In this document: in pieces, positions 61,650 through 64,000 of the stretch
Layout of the letters: the number at the start of each line of letters is the position of its first letter
Numbering within the stretch: position 1 is the first letter of the stretch
NCBI RefSeq assembly: GCF_030684315.1
Contig: NC_081387.1
Coordinates: 9,506,822 to 9,570,821 of the forward strand
DNA from: Stegostoma tigrinum
Lineage: Eukaryota
Length of the DNA: 64,000 nt
Direction of reading: 5' to 3'
Notes under the pieces: generated by a model
Told to the model about the DNA's origin: nothing
Databases searched by the model: none
The model's input: only the letters and a program-made list of their open reading frames with translations
Program-made: the position numbers and the translations under genes

Positions 61650-63044
61650 ATGGTGAAATTAATTGCGATGAATGAGACTTTCAGTCAGAGAACAGACACG
61701 CTTACTTCTGAAAGAGGCAGTTTTTACCGATCTGTCAAAATGGTCACTATTGCGATTGTGACAGGATCTTTAAGTTTGGTGACCATTATTGGAAACATTC
61801 TAGTCCTGCTTTCTGTGCAAGTAAACAGACATTTACGAACTATTAACAACTATTTTATTTGCAGCTTGGCTTGCGCTGATTTGATTCTCGGGGCATTTTC
61901 CATGAATCTATATACAATATACACTGTGACTGGGTATTGGCCATTGAGTCCATTGGTGTGTGAGTTCTGGCTTGCTGTCGATCACATTGCTACTACCGCG
62001 TCTGGAATGAACCTCCTTCTCATCAGCTTTGACCGTTATTTCTGCGTAACAAGACCCTTCAGTTACCCAATGAAAAGAACAAAAAAAATGTCAGGGATCA
62101 TGATTACAGCAGCGTGGGGGCTGTCTGTTGTCGTATGGTGTCCCGTTATTCTCGCCTGGCAGTTCACCGTTGGTGGCTGGGCAGTTAACGAGGGCGAGTG
62201 TTACGCACAATTCTTCTCAGATCCAGTCGTTTCTTTTGGCATTTCAATAGCCGCCTTCTTTCTCCCCGTTGCCATCATGGTGGGTTTATATGTGCGCATA
62301 TCTCAAGCCAGCAGGAATCCAATGAAGGATGATGAAACAGAATATAAAACAAGCAAAGGCACGACTCCTCCCAGTTCAGCGAGAGACAAAGTCGTGGACC
62401 CGAAATGTAACAAAATCTTAAACAATTCTCGCGGGCTGATCCACATCGGAAAGCAAAGTGGTAAAATACCTTTTGAAATAACAGTCGCGAAGGAGTTTTC
62501 AGATGATTTAACTTCACTCAACCTGTCCCCTACAAACCAAATTAAGGAAGGGAAAATACAAGGAGGAACTGTGCTCCCTGGTATACGATGCACAACAGAC
62601 AATGACAATCTCTCTGACTTCAAGGTAATTAGTTTGTCTCAAAAATGTGACAACTGTGATCACACATTAGTTTGCAAGCAAGGCGGTGTTGACCAGAATG
62701 GCGATGAAAATCTTATCAGAGGCGTTCGTGGGATCATTGAAATGACCAAGGCTATTGCTAAAAAGAAGAGGGGAACTGTAACGCGCAAAAAGGCAGTGAC
62801 TAGGACTGTCCTGGCCATTCTGTTAGCATTTATCATCACCTGGATCCCATATAGTTTCATGGTCCTCACAAACACTTTCTGTCCAATCTGTATCCCCAAC
62901 ACAGCCTGGACAATTGCATATTGGATCTGTTACATCAACAGCACTATCAATCCAGCCTGCTACGCCCTGTGTAATCAAACCTTCAAGAAAACGTTCAAGA
63001 ATCTTCTTGTCTGTCAGTGCAAGAATATTAGAGCATCGAGATAA
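61650..63044 (+). CDS. chrm2-like: Muscarinic acetylcholine receptor M2-like, divergent paralog (intronless CDS; ATG at 61650 or 61668)
   Basis: GSLSLVTIIGNILV, NNYFICSLACADL, SFDRYFCVTRP, ECYAQFFS (M2-type Phe in ECL2), VTRTVLAIL, CYINSTINPACY, and a C-terminus KNIRASR like M2 KNIGATR. Confidence 0.95.
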   Translation: MVKLIAMNETFSQRTDTLTSERGSFYRSVKMVTIAIVTGSLSLVTIIGNILVLLSVQVNRHLRTINNYFICSLACADLILGAFSMNLYTIYTVTGYWPLSPLVCEFWLAVDHIATTASGMNLLLISFDRYFCVTRPFSYPMKRTKKMSGIMITAAWGLSVVVWCPVILAWQFTVGGWAVNEGECYAQFFSDPVVSFGISIAAFFLPVAIMVGLYVRISQASRNPMKDDETEYKTSKGTTPPSSARDKVVDPKCNKILNNSRGLIHIGKQSGKIPFEITVAKEFSDDLTSLNLSPTNQIKEGKIQGGTVLPGIRCTTDNDNLSDFKVISLSQKCDNCDHTLVCKQGGVDQNGDENLIRGVRGIIEMTKAIAKKKRGTVTRKKAVTRTVLAILLAFIITWIPYSFMVLTNTFCPICIPNTAWTIAYWICYINSTINPACYALCNQTFKKTFKNLLVCQCKNIRASR

Positions 63045-64000
63045 GAACAGAAGCTCCACTCACACATTAATCCATACCTCAGATGTAGCAATTATGTTCA
63101 CTTTGTTATGTTCACGCTAAATTAAAACGAACATGTTAATTGCTTCAGATTAAATGGCTATTGGTGTGTTTTCAGAAGCAAATGTGAACTGTGTCCAATG
63201 CAATTATTATGATTGTTATTTCTGAAGTGCATCCTTTTTAATTAGAATATATTCATGAGTGAACCAGAACGTGGAATTGTCCAAAGTTCATACAATATAA
63301 AATTGAGTATACTTCTGTAAATTTAAAATATTTAATTTACTGTATAGTCCTAATTAAAAGCTATCGGTAAATTCGGACTTTGTCTTGGGCAATAGTGACT
63401 GTACCCTGGAAATACAATGATTGTGTTGATTCTTGTGTGTGCATTATCACTCGGTAATTTACATCACTGCCTTTTGAATTGATTATCTAATATTATGAAC
63501 ACTGCAGTTGAAGAAAGGCAGTATTTTCCACTGACTTTCTAATAATTCATACCCATTAGACCCAGTTTGGTGCTGACAAATTAAGTCTAGTACTATGGTG
63601 AAAGCCTGATTTTAACTGCATGAATTTCTGCCCTCAACTTTCGAAAGAAAAGAAAATACTCATACATATAGGTTCTTTGATTTCAGTTGTCAGTGAACAA
63701 CAGTAAAAAAAACTCTATGAATGTAACTTGAGTCTAGATCTGTAGAATCTTGACATTTCTGTACCGATGGAATGGAGGTTAGACCAATATAAGTAATTAG
63801 TCAAACTGTTTCGCAAAAATCCGAAATGAATATTTGTGAAATTCTGTTGTGTACTTACAGCATCCAAGGTAATTCATTTTCTCCCCATAGCTGAAAATAT
63901 CAGCTGAGAACAAAACTCCCTCCCGTCTGACAATAGAATCACAGTTTCATTATACAATAGGGAATATGTGCTGTTATACTGTTGTTTGTAAAATGATAAA

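Overview
AT-rich, repeat-dense vertebrate genomic DNA. It is most likely from a cartilaginous fish (shark); this is inferred from the CR1/HER1-type LINEs, HE1-type SINEs and gene families present. The window is a GPCR cluster undergoing birth and death. It holds one intact two-exon GPR139-like receptor gene (21191-23434, +) and at least five decayed GPR139-like copies that the ORF track does not show. Two outward-facing muscarinic M2-like genes lie at the ends: an intact one at 61650-63044 (+) and one cut by the left edge at 155->1 (-). The intact M2-like protein keeps D3.32 but has a remodelled acetylcholine pocket (Y3.33H, N3.37T, T5.42I, N6.52S), so it may be a repurposed receptor. Between retroelements lies the 3' half of an MHC class I pseudogene (alpha3, TM and cytoplasmic exons, 32105-38364). 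Mobile DNA includes young and old CR1 LINEs (two nested insertions), a near-intact Penelope element, and Penelope-derived fragments with minimal hammerhead-ribozyme motifs, one in sense orientation inside the intron of the intact GPR139-like gene. Several local inverted duplications are unexplained. All alignments were done by eye, and the boundaries of decayed features are approximate.
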